In this document: positions 29,056-39,305 of the stretch, one piece after another | Numbering within the stretch: the first letter of the stretch is position 1 | Layout: every line of letters begins with the position of its first letter | NCBI GenBank assembly: GCA_904386005.1 | Contig: CAJFKR010000001.1 | Span: 212,221 to 276,220 of the forward strand | From: Candidatus Flemingiibacterium merdigallinarum | GTDB lineage: Bacteria > Bacillota > Clostridia > Oscillospirales > CAG-272 | DNA: 64,000 nt | Reading direction: 5' to 3' | Notes under the pieces: generated by a model | Told to the model about the DNA's origin: nothing | Database searches by the model: none | Seen by the model: only the letters and a program-made list of their open reading frames with translations | Program-made: the position numbers and the translations under genes

Positions 29056-29874
29056 GTGCGCAGAATCTCACTATACATATTTCAGGCGGGCAAGGGAGTC
29101 GTGCCCGAAAACTGGATTCAGACCGAGGCGATAAATCTTGACCGCCGGATGATACGCTTACAGAGATTGTACTACATAAGGAGCGGCCGCGGCGAGATGA
29201 TACTGCCGGACGGCGAACGCCGCCCATTCGACGCGGGGAAAATCTACGTCTTCCCATATAATCTGCCGCAGCGGTTCGAAACCGACCCGCTTGACCGAAT
29301 CGACCACATCTACTTCGATTTCATCTCGACTCCGCCGATAATCGCGGATAAACCGATTGAATACGAGGTGAACCGCGGTACTCCGAGGGCACATATGGTA
29401 GAGCTGCTAGACAGTCTGCTCGTGGCGCGCCGCGTCGACGGCGCGCGGACTGACAGCAGCCCCGCTATGGGCATTCGGTCGGCGTCCGATGCTCCCTGCG
29501 GCAGCGAGGATGAATACAGGCAGATAATCTATCAGCTGCTATATTCGCTGCTCCTGCTGCTGTCACACGACCGTGAGCTGCCGTTTATGTCGGACGAGGT
29601 GATAATTTCGTCGCTCGAATATATGCGTGCGCATGAAAATGAACGCATATCGGTCGGCGAACTCGCGTCGCGCGCGGGCTTCGAATTGAACTATTTCATT
29701 CGTCGGTTCAAGCGCGCGATGGGCACGACGCCCTACGCGTATATGCGCGCCTGCCGGCTGATACGCGCCGAGGAGCTGCTCTCACGCGGCGGCTCGGTCA
29801 CGTCCACAGCCGAGCTGGTCGGATACGAAAACGCGTCGTCGCTGTCGCGCGCGATGCGGGGAATACGCGATTGA
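29056..29874 (+). CDS. AraC family transcriptional regulator
   Basis: N-terminal cupin-like sensor domain and a C-terminal double HTH (ISVGELASRAGFELNYFIRRFKRAMGTTPYAY...GYENASSLSRA). GTG start after GGGGGG. Confidence 0.85.
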   Translation: MRRISLYIFQAGKGVVPENWIQTEAINLDRRMIRLQRLYYIRSGRGEMILPDGERRPFDAGKIYVFPYNLPQRFETDPLDRIDHIYFDFISTPPIIADKPIEYEVNRGTPRAHMVELLDSLLVARRVDGARTDSSPAMGIRSASDAPCGSEDEYRQIIYQLLYSLLLLLSHDRELPFMSDEVIISSLEYMRAHENERISVGELASRAGFELNYFIRRFKRAMGTTPYAYMRACRLIRAEELLSRGGSVTSTAELVGYENASSLSRAMRGIRD

Positions 29875-30036
29875 GCGAGCGTCGTCATAAATCGGAAGTA
29901 AAGCCGAACGCCGTCTATGACGACAAAATATATTTTATATATTGCCGAATATTTGTGAAGATTATTGCCGCGGCATATGATATAATTGTTACATCAAGTA
30001 ATGTTTGTGCATGATTACTATATCATATGGGAGGCA

Positions 30037-31512
30037 ATGAATCAAATGAAAAAAATCGTATCCGGCATAATATTGGCCGCGCTCATTTTGCAGCTTTGCT
30101 CCTGCGCGTCCGAGTCCCCGCAAACTACAGATTCGACCGACGCCGCGACTGAAGATTTGACCGAAACGAGCGGTTATATCGACGAGCTTGCTGCCGACTG
30201 GGGCGGCGAGACGCTCAATATTATCGTGCAGCACTATTCGTCGCACCCAAATGTGCCTCCGGAGGAGATGAACGGCGAGGCGGTCGACGACGCGCTGTTT
30301 GCTCGCGACCGGACGGTCGAGGAGAAGCTGAATATCAGTATCGACTATACGGTTTATGAGGACCGTGCCGAGCTGAAATCTGACGTTCAGACGGCTATAA
30401 ACGCGGGCGACGCTTCGTATGATTTTATTATCACGTCCATGGCGGACGGACTCAACACGCTCGCCCCCGAGGGATATCTCCAAAATCTCAATGACATCGC
30501 GCACCTTTCGCTCGACTCGGAGTGGTGGAGCCAGTCCTGCCGCGAGAATCTGACGTTCGGCGGCAAGCAGTACATCACAAGCGGACCGATTTCGCTCGAT
30601 TATTACTATTCCCCCTGCGTAATCTGCTTCAATCAGCGGCTCTGCGACGAATACGGCCTACCGAATTTATACGAAGCGGTGCTTTCGGGAGGGTGGACGC
30701 TCGATATGTACAATACTATAACAAAGGACGTCGCGCGCGACCTTGACAATGACGGAAAAATGGGCGACGACGACTTTTACGCGTTCGCCTGCGACGATTT
30801 GACCGGACAGGCATTCTATATCGGCTGCGGCGGCACGCAGACCGAATTCACCTCGGATAGACTGCCGGCGCTGACTATGGATTCGGAAAAGAATATAAAC
30901 ATACTCGACCGGATAATCAATGCGGTCTACGACGACAGCTCGCGTCTTTTGACCGAGCAATTCAAACTGGACGGCGTTACCGATGTGACGATAACCAAGA
31001 CCTGGCATTTCAAAAACTCAATGTCGATGCTGCTCGGCTACAATATGTCGGGCATTATCTCCTGCCTGCGGGACATGGAGGACGACTACGGAATCATACC
31101 GATGCCGAAGCTCGACGAGAATCGGGAACGCTATCTGACATACGGCTCGCCGTGGGGACCCTGCGGCGTGGCGGTTCCGGTGACCAACACGGGCGACAAG
31201 CTGGAGATGACCGGCAACGCGATGGAAATGATGGCGTATATCTCACAAACGAGCGTCGGTGAACAGATGTACAATGTGACTCTGCAGGAAAAGGTCTCGC
31301 GCGACGAGAACTCCAAGCAGATGCTCGACATAATTTATGAGGACATTATTTTCGATCTGAACGGAATACACAATTTCGGCAACTCGGGCAACACACTGCG
31401 CAGCTGCGCGATAGGGCGCGACGAAAACTTCATGTCAAAGTACGCGTCGCTCAAGACCAAGGCTGAGACCGAGCTTAACAAGCTGATCGAAGAATACAAT
31501 TCTATCGACTGA
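30037..31512 (+). CDS. extracellular solute-binding lipoprotein, paralog 4
   Basis: MNQMKKIVSGIILAALILQLCSC lipobox (ATG 30046 is an alternative). YGIIPMPKLDENR and QMLDIIY blocks. Confidence 0.85.
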   Translation: MNQMKKIVSGIILAALILQLCSCASESPQTTDSTDAATEDLTETSGYIDELAADWGGETLNIIVQHYSSHPNVPPEEMNGEAVDDALFARDRTVEEKLNISIDYTVYEDRAELKSDVQTAINAGDASYDFIITSMADGLNTLAPEGYLQNLNDIAHLSLDSEWWSQSCRENLTFGGKQYITSGPISLDYYYSPCVICFNQRLCDEYGLPNLYEAVLSGGWTLDMYNTITKDVARDLDNDGKMGDDDFYAFACDDLTGQAFYIGCGGTQTEFTSDRLPALTMDSEKNINILDRIINAVYDDSSRLLTEQFKLDGVTDVTITKTWHFKNSMSMLLGYNMSGIISCLRDMEDDYGIIPMPKLDENRERYLTYGSPWGPCGVAVPVTNTGDKLEMTGNAMEMMAYISQTSVGEQMYNVTLQEKVSRDENSKQMLDIIYEDIIFDLNGIHNFGNSGNTLRSCAIGRDENFMSKYASLKTKAETELNKLIEEYNSID

Positions 31513-31570
31513 ACCTCGACCGCAGCCGTTACATATATGAAGGAGCTCAGGGCCGAATGAGCTCAAAATG

Positions 31571-31609
31571 AAAAAATCCCGCGTAATACAAACGATACGC
31601 GGGATTTTA
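31571..31609. terminator. bidirectional terminator
   Basis: AAAAAATCCCGCGTA...TACGCGGGATTTT between convergent genes. Confidence 0.7.
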
Positions 31610-31669
31610 TTCTTAAATAATAATGTAAGTCCTATAAAATATATATTTATAGAAGTGAATTTTGTCCTG

Positions 31670-31708
31670 CCAAGCCGCCGTTTGGGAAGCAAGGTTCCAT
31701 TAGGTGGA
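31670..31708 (-). repeat. isolated fragment of the MITE-like repeat core
   Basis: About 31 of 36 positions match 15401-15436 (CCGCCGGTTGGGAAGCAGGGTCCCATTAGGCGG), counted by eye. Confidence 0.4.
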
Positions 31709-31734
31709 AGGCTGCGTAATAATCCATTACGGGA

Positions 31735-32799
31735 TCACTTGCGGTCGCACAGCGTCTTGTTGATAGCTTCCCAGATGCCGTTCAGGTATACCGCTCCGAG
31801 CGCGCGGTCGTAGAGTCCGTAGCCCGGGCGGCCGGTCTCGCCCCAGATCATGCGACCGTGGTCGGGACGGATGTAGCCGTCGAAGTCGACGTCCCACGCG
31901 GCGCGCAGGATATCGTACATATCGAGCGAGCCGTCCTCGCTGCGGTGGCCGGTCTCGTTGAAGTCGCGGTCGCCGGTCAGCTTTATGTTGCGGGCGTGCA
32001 AAAAGTGGATGCGTCTCATCGCGCCGAAATGGCGGATCATGTCGACGACGTCGTTCGACGCCGCCGAACCGAGCGAGCCGGTGCAGAGCGTGAGTCCGTT
32101 GCACTCGCTGTCATAAAGCTTGCAGAAGCGCTCGAGGTTCTTCTTGTTCGTGATGACGCGCGGCAGACCGAAGATGCCCCACGGCGGATCGTCCGGGTGG
32201 ATAGCCATTTTGATGCCGTTCTCCTCGCAGACCGGAATGACTCCGTGCAGAAAATAGCTCATATTCTCCCAGAGCTTTTCCTCGTCGACCGATTTGTACT
32301 CGGCGAGCAGCGCGCGCAGTCCGTCCTGAGTGTAGCTCTCGTCCCAGCCGGGCAGAGACAGCTTCTTTGTGTTCGGGTCCATCGCGAGCACCTCGGCGTC
32401 GCGGTAGATAAGGCAGGTCGAGCCGTCGGGATTCTTGTGCGAAAGGTCAGAACGCAGCCAGTCGAACACCGGCATGAAGTTGTAGCAGATCACCTTGACT
32501 CCGGCGTCGGCTAACTTCTTCACGTTGCGGCGGTAGACCTCGATGTATTCGTCGCGGGACGGCTTGCCGAGCTTGATGTCCTCATGAACCGGAACGCTCT
32601 CGACTACCTCAAACGCGAGGTTATGCGCGTTGGCGGCGTTTTTGACCGCGGCAATCGACTCGGCGCTCCACTCTTTTCCGGGCGGAACGTCGTATACCGC
32701 CGAGACAATGCCGGTCATGCCGGGTATCTGCGATATATACTCAAGGCTTACCGGGTCGTCCGCGCCGTACCAACGGAAGGTCATTTTCATTTCTTTCAT
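31735..32799 (-). CDS. uxuA: mannonate dehydratase
   Basis: 354 aa. MKMTFRWYG...D.V.L..I.QIPG start and a conserved xylose-isomerase-like TIM-barrel sequence. Confidence 0.9.
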   Translation of the reverse strand: MKEMKMTFRWYGADDPVSLEYISQIPGMTGIVSAVYDVPPGKEWSAESIAAVKNAANAHNLAFEVVESVPVHEDIKLGKPSRDEYIEVYRRNVKKLADAGVKVICYNFMPVFDWLRSDLSHKNPDGSTCLIYRDAEVLAMDPNTKKLSLPGWDESYTQDGLRALLAEYKSVDEEKLWENMSYFLHGVIPVCEENGIKMAIHPDDPPWGIFGLPRVITNKKNLERFCKLYDSECNGLTLCTGSLGSAASNDVVDMIRHFGAMRRIHFLHARNIKLTGDRDFNETGHRSEDGSLDMYDILRAAWDVDFDGYIRPDHGRMIWGETGRPGYGLYDRALGAVYLNGIWEAINKTLCDRK

Positions 32800-33126
32800 T
32801 GTGTTTCCTCCTTGTCATAAATTCTGACGCGACGGCAGGGTTTTGCCGCGGCGTCGTGTCACATATAATGATACAATAAATCGGGCGTTTTGTCAACCGA
32901 AAATCTGCCATGACTACACGCTATTTTTTATATTTTGAATCAATTAGCGGCGACGCGGCGTCAAAGCGCGGATATGCGCGCGGCAAGATAAAAAATTCAC
33001 ATATTATTCGGGCAAAACACTTGATTTTGCGGTCGGAATAGTGTACAATATTATAGTATAAATATAAACGTGATGAGAGTGCCCACGGTGCGCGAGCGTC
33101 CGGCGGCATTCGGGAAGGAATAAAAA

Positions 33127-34092
33127 ATGGCACTTGTAACAACCACTGAAATGTTCAAAAAGGCGTATGCCGGCGGCTACGCAATCGGTGCGTTCAATAT
33201 CAACAACATGGAGATAGTACAGGCTATCGCCGAGGCGGCAGGAGAGGCGAGATCGCCGGTAATCCTTCAGGTTTCTGCAGGCGCGAGAAAGTACGCGAAG
33301 CAGGAATACCTGATGGCTCTCGCCGAGGCGGCTATCAAGGATTCGAACATTGACCTCGCGCTTCACCTCGACCACGGCGCGGACTTCGAGATCTGCAAAG
33401 CCTGCATCGACGGCGGCTTCACTTCGGTCATGATCGACGGCTCGCATCACAGCTTCGAGGACAACATCAAGGTCACAAAGCAGGTCGTTGAATACGCGCA
33501 CGCACACGGCGTTGTCGTCGAGGGCGAGCTCGGACGTCTTGCCGGCGTTGAGGACGATGTAAAGGTTTCGGCTGAGGATTCGTCCTACACGCGTCCCGAG
33601 GAGGTTGAGGAATTCGTTTCCAAGACCGGAGTTGACTCGCTGGCTATAGCTATCGGCACGAGCCACGGCGCGTACAAGTTCAAGCCCGAGCAGTGTACGC
33701 GCAACGCTGACGGTGTACTTGTTCCCCCGCCGCTCCGCTTCGACATTCTCGAGGAGGTAGCAAAGCGTCTGCCCGGCTTCCCGATCGTACTTCACGGCGC
33801 GTCCTCGGTTCCGCAGGAATACGTCAAGGAGATCAACTCGATCGGCGGCAAGCTTCCGGACGCTGTCGGCATTCCGGAGGAGCAGCTCAGAAAGGCTGCA
33901 AGCATGGCAGTCTGCAAGATCAACATCGACTCGGACATCCGTCTCGCTATGACCGCGGGCATTCGCCGTGTAATGCACAATCAGCCCGAGGTGTTCGACC
34001 CGAGAACCTATCTGTCGGTCGCGCGCGACGAGGTCAGAAAGACGGTTTATCACAAGATCACCGAAGTGCTCGGTTCGCAGAACACACTTTAA
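33127..34092 (+). CDS. fba: class II fructose-1,6-bisphosphate aldolase
   Basis: 321 aa. GAFNINNMEIVQAI, LHLDHG and GTSHGAYKF motifs. Confidence 0.95.
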   Translation: MALVTTTEMFKKAYAGGYAIGAFNINNMEIVQAIAEAAGEARSPVILQVSAGARKYAKQEYLMALAEAAIKDSNIDLALHLDHGADFEICKACIDGGFTSVMIDGSHHSFEDNIKVTKQVVEYAHAHGVVVEGELGRLAGVEDDVKVSAEDSSYTRPEEVEEFVSKTGVDSLAIAIGTSHGAYKFKPEQCTRNADGVLVPPPLRFDILEEVAKRLPGFPIVLHGASSVPQEYVKEINSIGGKLPDAVGIPEEQLRKAASMAVCKINIDSDIRLAMTAGIRRVMHNQPEVFDPRTYLSVARDEVRKTVYHKITEVLGSQNTL

Positions 34093-34118
34093 TTCGGATA
34101 AAATTTCATAAGCTGTTC

Positions 34119-34145
34119 GGGGAGACGTCAGTGCGGCGTCTCCCC
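34119..34145 (+). terminator. GC-rich hairpin after fba (no clear U-tract)
   Basis: GGGGAGACG-tcagtgcgg-CGTCTCCCC. Confidence 0.45.
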
Positions 34146-34227
34146 GTACGACGGCTTATAAATGAGCGCAGATACGACGCAATGCGGATTTGGCGCTCAT
34201 TTTATATCGTTATTTTCGCGGCGCTTG

Positions 34228-34340
34228 CCGTCGGTTAGTATTGGCTGTCGGTTAGTTTAACCGTCGGTTAGCTGTAACCGTCGGTTAGCTGTAACCGTCG
34301 GTTAGCTGTAACCGTCGGTTAGACTTGACCGTCGGCAAGC
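34228..34340. repeat. 17-bp tandem array, about 6.6 units (core CCGTCGGTTAG)
   Basis: Three identical units ccgtcggttagctgtaa are flanked by diverged units. The array ends 32 nt before the thioesterase ATG. Confidence 0.85.
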
Positions 34341-34372
34341 ATTAATTTGATTGAAAGGCGTATATTACAAAG

Positions 34373-35086
34373 ATGAAATGGTCAGAGAAATACCGCATAA
34401 ACACTCATGACTGCGACCCGACCGGCTTCGTGCGCGCTTCGCTGATCCTCCGATATATGCAGGAGACCGCGAATATGCAGATGAAGCATCTCGGTCCGTC
34501 GAATGAGGAGCTGCGCGAGCAGGGCAAGGCGTTTCTTTTAAGCCGCATAAACATGAGCTTATATCATCCGTTGTTTGCCGGAGACGAGATAGAAGCATTT
34601 TCATGGGGCTGTGAGAGCCGGGGAGTCAGCTTCAACCGCTGTTATCAGTTGCGTCGCGGCGGAGAGGTGATAGCTGAGGCGGCGTCGGTCTGGGGACTGG
34701 TCGGGATCGAGGATCACAAGCTATACAAAATCGAGGACATCAAATTCGGCTTTGACGTTGACGAGCCGCTCGAGCTGGACTCGCCTCGCCGGGTACACAT
34801 ACCGCGCGAGCTGAATTTATCGCTGGTCGGCGAGCGGACTATTGTATACAGCGATCTCGACGGAAACAATCACATGAACAACACGAACTATCCGGATATG
34901 CTCTGCGATTTTGTTCCGGACATGGTCGGACGGCGGGTGATTTCGCTGGGTATAAGCTTTGCGCACGAAGCGCGGCTGGGCGAAATACTAAAGGTATACA
35001 TGGCCGAAAGCGACGGCGAATACTATTTCCGCACGATCCGTAGCGACGGTCAGGTAAACGTGGAAGCTATCATGATGCTTGAATAG
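34373..35086 (+). CDS. acyl-[acyl-carrier-protein] thioesterase
   Basis: 237 aa. N-terminal YRINTHDCDPTG...LRYMQETA pattern and a double hot-dog length. Confidence 0.8.
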   Translation: MKWSEKYRINTHDCDPTGFVRASLILRYMQETANMQMKHLGPSNEELREQGKAFLLSRINMSLYHPLFAGDEIEAFSWGCESRGVSFNRCYQLRRGGEVIAEAASVWGLVGIEDHKLYKIEDIKFGFDVDEPLELDSPRRVHIPRELNLSLVGERTIVYSDLDGNNHMNNTNYPDMLCDFVPDMVGRRVISLGISFAHEARLGEILKVYMAESDGEYYFRTIRSDGQVNVEAIMMLE

Positions 35087-35259
35087 CGGGGCGGCGGGTA
35101 CGACCCGCGGCGGGAGTCAGGGGTTGTGAGTGCGAGGACGTCAGTTTCTGCCACATCAGTGGTCGAATTGAGACGCGGAGCGTCTCAATTCGAGACAGCG
35201 GTGCGCGGCAGGATTCGGGGTTTTAATAAATCGGTTTTAGTTCATGCGCTTTAATAGAC

Positions 35260-35286
35260 AAAAAGAGCCTTGGCTGGCTCTTTTTT
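35260..35286 (+). terminator. Rho-independent terminator
   Basis: AAAAAGAGCC-ttggct-GGCTCTTTTTT. Confidence 0.75.
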
Positions 35287-35351
35287 GATTATTTAAATAA
35301 AGTCGGGGGCGAGATTGGACGGCACTTACTCGGTCGATGTAAAATATGCTA

Positions 35352-35380
35352 TTGACAAGCTATGGTTGATATGGTATAAT
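35352..35380 (+). promoter_or_regulatory. consensus promoter
   Basis: TTGACA, 17 nt, TGgTATAAT. Confidence 0.65.
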
Positions 35381-35444
35381 GACGGTATGAACACCGCGAT
35401 AATATTACGACGGTGCGTACATTCACATTGCCGGAGGTGAGCTA

Positions 35445-35975
35445 ATGGAGACTATAAGCAAACACAAGGAGTTATTCTGCGCGCTCGGGATTATTATAAT
35501 CTGCGCGGTACTGATTTTAGTCTGGCGCGAATACGACCGGACGTTCATCGCGCCCGACGATAGCCTGATTGCCGAGGTCGCGCTCAAAAAAGCTCCTGAC
35601 GACTGGGACGCTGCGGGCGAGGCGGTACTGACCGCGCTCGGCGAGCCGTATATTTCTGGCGACAGCGCGGTACTGTTTCTATACGATGAGAGCGGCAATG
35701 TCGGCGCGGCGGAGTTCCGGCGTGAGGAGGCGGGCTGGCGATACAAATATGTGAGCGAATGTATTGACCGCGGCGGTTACGGCACTTTATATATTACCGG
35801 CGGCGTTGGCTTTACGACATTCGTCTTAAGTGATTCGATACGTTATATCATCTACGAGTTTAACGGCGAGGACGTGGCAGTCGAGGTCGACAGTCTGCCG
35901 TTTGTGTACATACTGCCGGAGGATTACGAAAACCGCAGGTTTCTCGACGCCGACGGCAATGTGGTCGGATATTAG
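35445..35975 (+). CDS. membrane-anchored hypothetical protein
   Basis: GGAGGTG SD. One N-terminal TM. 176 aa. No recognisable domain. Confidence 0.55.
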   Translation: METISKHKELFCALGIIIICAVLILVWREYDRTFIAPDDSLIAEVALKKAPDDWDAAGEAVLTALGEPYISGDSAVLFLYDESGNVGAAEFRREEAGWRYKYVSECIDRGGYGTLYITGGVGFTTFVLSDSIRYIIYEFNGEDVAVEVDSLPFVYILPEDYENRRFLDADGNVVGY

Positions 35976-36003
35976 CTGTGGGTATTATACCCGCGGCTTT
36001 TTT

Positions 36004-36561
36004 TTATTCGGTCATAATAGAAAGATAGTACTCGGTTATTATGTCGGCGACTGCCTGCGCTTCGGCGGCGTTTTCAGCCGGACCGTAATATTCGATATCG
36101 GTACCGTAGTCAAAAACATTAAGATACCGCTCGCCGTTATAATAGATCAAATCAAGCTTGACTTGGTGCCCGATTTCGGCGCGCCATCTGGCGCTTTCAT
36201 CATAAAACGTCCTATGCGTGAACGCGATATAATCGGGTGACAGATCGAAGCCGGACAGTTTGAAACGTTCGTTCAGCCTGAAGAAAATGCTTTTGCGTTC
36301 GGGTGAGAAAAAGCGGCTGTAATAGTCGATATGGGTTATGCCCTGCCAAATTACCTTTCCTTTATAATGCAGTGGGTCGATAAGGTTGTTTTCGATTGTA
36401 AAATCGAGACTGATCGTTTCGGTATCGCCGGACAGCGAGCAGACGTTCATGTCGGTTTTGACCGGGATACTGTATTTGTTTGCAGCGATTGTATAGACGA
36501 GAATTGTTACGGCTGCGATTATTGCGACAATTATAGTTATCGTGATTATGCGATTTTTCAT
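36004..36561 (-). CDS. membrane-anchored hypothetical protein
   Basis: ATG 36561 gives MKNRIITITIIVAIIAAVTILVY. The track start at 36615 is TTG. Confidence 0.5.
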   Translation of the reverse strand: MKNRIITITIIVAIIAAVTILVYTIAANKYSIPVKTDMNVCSLSGDTETISLDFTIENNLIDPLHYKGKVIWQGITHIDYYSRFFSPERKSIFFRLNERFKLSGFDLSPDYIAFTHRTFYDESARWRAEIGHQVKLDLIYYNGERYLNVFDYGTDIEYYGPAENAAEAQAVADIITEYYLSIMTE

Positions 36562-36697
36562 TGTTTTCGATACGCGCAGTGAAAATCGGTTTGCGGAAAT
36601 TTTTCGGTATGGCAATTTTATTTTAATATTGGGTATATTTAACGATTAATTCTTTTTTGGCAAAACCTGATTTTTGAATTAACAAATAAATATACAA

Positions 36698-36754
36698 TTA
36701 CAGCTACAATCAAAGTTATATACAAGGTTATATAATAGTTGATTATAGCTGTAA
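36698..36754 (-). terminator. AT-rich long inverted repeat downstream of the 36788 gene
   Basis: 16-bp arms TTACAGCTACAATCAA / TTGATTATAGCTGTAA with one mismatch. Confidence 0.45.
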
Positions 36755-36787
36755 ATGTAATTTATATTTTAGGATTTTACGCTTAAT

Positions 36788-37900
36788 TCACCAAATGGCA
36801 TCTCCCGGTTTTCTGTAATATATGGGTGTGTGCGAGAAAGTAGTATCGTTGTTGGTTCTTATATTGATAGTACCAATATCGTGATGCACTTTATTATTTG
36901 TGTTAACAAAGTTGTCAATATACCAGTACCACGTTTTGCCGGTTTCAAAGTTATTATTAAATCCACGTTCTTTTGTAATTAACTCGCCAGCTACGTTAAT
37001 ATGAAGATCTTCGGATATGGCAAAAGCAACGTCGCTTGCTCTTGATCCAACTGTAACCCACTGACTATATTGGGGTTGATAAATTAAATAATATGTCATC
37101 TGAGTGACAGTTGTCGCGCCTACCATATAAATTCCGCCAGAACCCATAGATATATTCGCATTGGGATTGAAACTATTCAGAACTGTTGCTACATTTCCCA
37201 ACCCCCACTCAATTAACCAACCTTGTGGAAACAAGTCGCTTATTACTCCTATTGTTGAATTGGTTAAGAAGTATTCGAAATTATATTGCAACAGTTCTCC
37301 GAGAGTGTTGGGTGAATCATTTACCAATTCTAATTTGCCTGTGCTATTTGTATACAAATCATAGCCTTTATCATCAACCACACGCAGATAAGCATAAGTA
37401 TACGTTTGACCGTTAACTGTCCGTGTTCCATCAAAGCGATATACAGATAAGCCATCTAATAAAAAATCTACGATATCTTCCAAATCGGTATAGTCCACAT
37501 CTGAATTGGTGGATATTTCGTTAAAGTTTTGAGATTTAATCATTTCTGTCACGATACTAATATCATCAGGGTTGTTTTTGTCTATTTTTCGTACACCAAG
37601 GCTTGATAACTCAAGTTCATAAAGTTGATACTCATTATTGATCGAAGCCATCTTAGAATCGATACTTGCTCTATCAATAATATTCTCGGCTTGACTATTC
37701 GCGACTTGTTGTTTCAACATGTACTTTTCAAGAAGAAGGCTGTTCATTTGAGAGAATATTTCATCAATTCTCTCTTGCTTTTCGTTTTCTGCTTGAAATG
37801 ATAAAATTTCAGACGTAACAGCGGAGTCGACAGCGGACAACGATGTCACAAACATAACCAAAACGGTTATGAACGAGATGAAGCGGACAAATCTTTTCAT
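36788..37900 (-). CDS. secreted hypothetical protein in an AT-rich island
   Basis: ATG 37900 gives the signal peptide MKRFVRFISFITVLVMFVTSLSA. Coiled-coil-like N-terminal third, then an unrecognised Tyr/Asn-rich domain. Confidence 0.6.
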   Translation of the reverse strand: MKRFVRFISFITVLVMFVTSLSAVDSAVTSEILSFQAENEKQERIDEIFSQMNSLLLEKYMLKQQVANSQAENIIDRASIDSKMASINNEYQLYELELSSLGVRKIDKNNPDDISIVTEMIKSQNFNEISTNSDVDYTDLEDIVDFLLDGLSVYRFDGTRTVNGQTYTYAYLRVVDDKGYDLYTNSTGKLELVNDSPNTLGELLQYNFEYFLTNSTIGVISDLFPQGWLIEWGLGNVATVLNSFNPNANISMGSGGIYMVGATTVTQMTYYLIYQPQYSQWVTVGSRASDVAFAISEDLHINVAGELITKERGFNNNFETGKTWYWYIDNFVNTNNKVHHDIGTINIRTNNDTTFSHTPIYYRKPGDAIW

Positions 37901-38370
37901 AAATTCAACACGATCTTTCAAGTATGAATATTGATTTTAAATTCCACAAATAATAAATGGAATTTGCAGAACCATAATAATAATATCATAATAAATTTAA
38001 TTTGTCAAGTACTTTTTGAAAAATAAAAAATATAGTTTTGGCATAATCATATGGCTTTGGTAAGATAAGGCTTGGTTGTGACGAATTAATATTTCATAGT
38101 GAGATAAGAATATAACAAATAATCAATATGTATTGTTGTACCTATAGTACATATGGCTAATACATAAATCTGATTAAGTATAATAATAAAATATTAATAT
38201 TATAGTTATTAAAATTTATTATAACACGCTTGAATACAGCGCATATAAATTACGTATTATTTCTAAAGTCACTATTGACGCATACATTAAGTTATGATAT
38301 AATAAGTACTGTTAATAATATTTTATTTTATTAATTACTATATCTATAGATGCTTTTGGGAGTTGTTTAC

Positions 38371-39246
38371 ATGGTCAAGAATCTGCGTTTCTGGGGCACG
38401 AGTGCCGGAGAGGGCACGCCGACGCCATTCTGCGAATGCGATATCTGCCGCACTGCGCGCGCGGTCGGAGGTCCCGAGCTGCGTCTGCGCTCGTCGTTCC
38501 GCATAGACGAGGAGACGATGCTCGACATCGGAGCCGACTTCAACGCCGCGGCGCTTAAAATGGGCGAGACTCTGTTCGGGCTTAAAAATGTGCTGTACAC
38601 GCACACGCACGAGGATCACTTCAACTACATGATGATCTGGACGCGATATGTCGCGAGGAAGAAGCCGGATTTCCCGCTGAATATCTACTTTGTCGACAAG
38701 GCGTACGACATTCTCGACAAGTTTTACTTTACATCTCCGGTGACGTCCGGGCGCGAGGGCTACACTCGCTCGAGCGACGTCAATTTCGTGCGGCTCGAGT
38801 TTCTGCGCGAGTATGATATCGGCGGTCACCGCGTGACGCCTCTGCGCGGAAATCACGCGACGGCTTTTGAGGACAACTCCGCGAACTATCTCATCAAGCT
38901 TGCTGACGGCAGACGGCTGTACTACGGGCTTGACACCGGCTACTATCTCGACGAGACGTTCGAATATCTCGCCGGACAGAAGCTCGACATTCTGATTTCC
39001 GAATGCACGATGCCGATTCTCACCGACGACGGTCGGAACTCGAACGGGCACATGAACCTGCACACCTTTCTGCGGTGCGCCGAGCGGTTATACAAGCAGG
39101 GGACGATAGACGAGCGCACACGCGTATACCTGACGCACATCGCGCCGATCGGCACGACGCACGCGGGGCTATGCGAATACATCGCGGGGCTGAAGCTGCC
39201 GTATCGGCTGATGGTCGCGTATGACGGGCTGGCAATCGACGGCTGA
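38371..39246 (+). CDS. MBL-fold metallo-hydrolase
   Basis: GGGAG lies 8 nt before ATG 38371. HTHEDH (HxHxDH) motif. N-terminal CxC..C cluster. Confidence 0.8.
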   Translation: MVKNLRFWGTSAGEGTPTPFCECDICRTARAVGGPELRLRSSFRIDEETMLDIGADFNAAALKMGETLFGLKNVLYTHTHEDHFNYMMIWTRYVARKKPDFPLNIYFVDKAYDILDKFYFTSPVTSGREGYTRSSDVNFVRLEFLREYDIGGHRVTPLRGNHATAFEDNSANYLIKLADGRRLYYGLDTGYYLDETFEYLAGQKLDILISECTMPILTDDGRNSNGHMNLHTFLRCAERLYKQGTIDERTRVYLTHIAPIGTTHAGLCEYIAGLKLPYRLMVAYDGLAIDG

Positions 39247-39305
39247 ATCAGCTGCGGCTTCGGATCAAGCAATATACAATAAAATTATTTGGAGGATTTC
39301 TCATC

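Noticed and set aside
33004-34053. 349-aa ORF on the minus strand
   Set aside because: It lies entirely antisense to the clearly recognisable fba gene. It is Arg/Leu/Val-rich, as expected for a shadow ORF in GC-rich coding DNA, and has no SD.
34235-34247. 13-mer ttagtattggctg shared between the 17-bp array and the 19-bp repeat at 44065-44077
   Set aside because: A single 13-nt match between two sites is expected by chance many times over in all-versus-all comparison of a 64-kb window. No extended similarity surrounds it.
35163-35193. Perfect 14-bp inverted repeat TCGAATTGAGACGC-gga-GCGTCTCAATTCGA after the thioesterase gene
   Set aside because: The hairpin is real but has no U-tract, no second copy in the window and no adjacent feature. 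A proper terminator follows at 35260-35286. I left it as an unexplained hairpin rather than a feature.
36004-36561. Possible paralogy between the membrane-anchored proteins at 36004-36561 and 59985-60515
   Set aside because: They share only topology and a loose IP(V/I)K motif after the TM helix. The by-eye similarity is too weak to claim a family.
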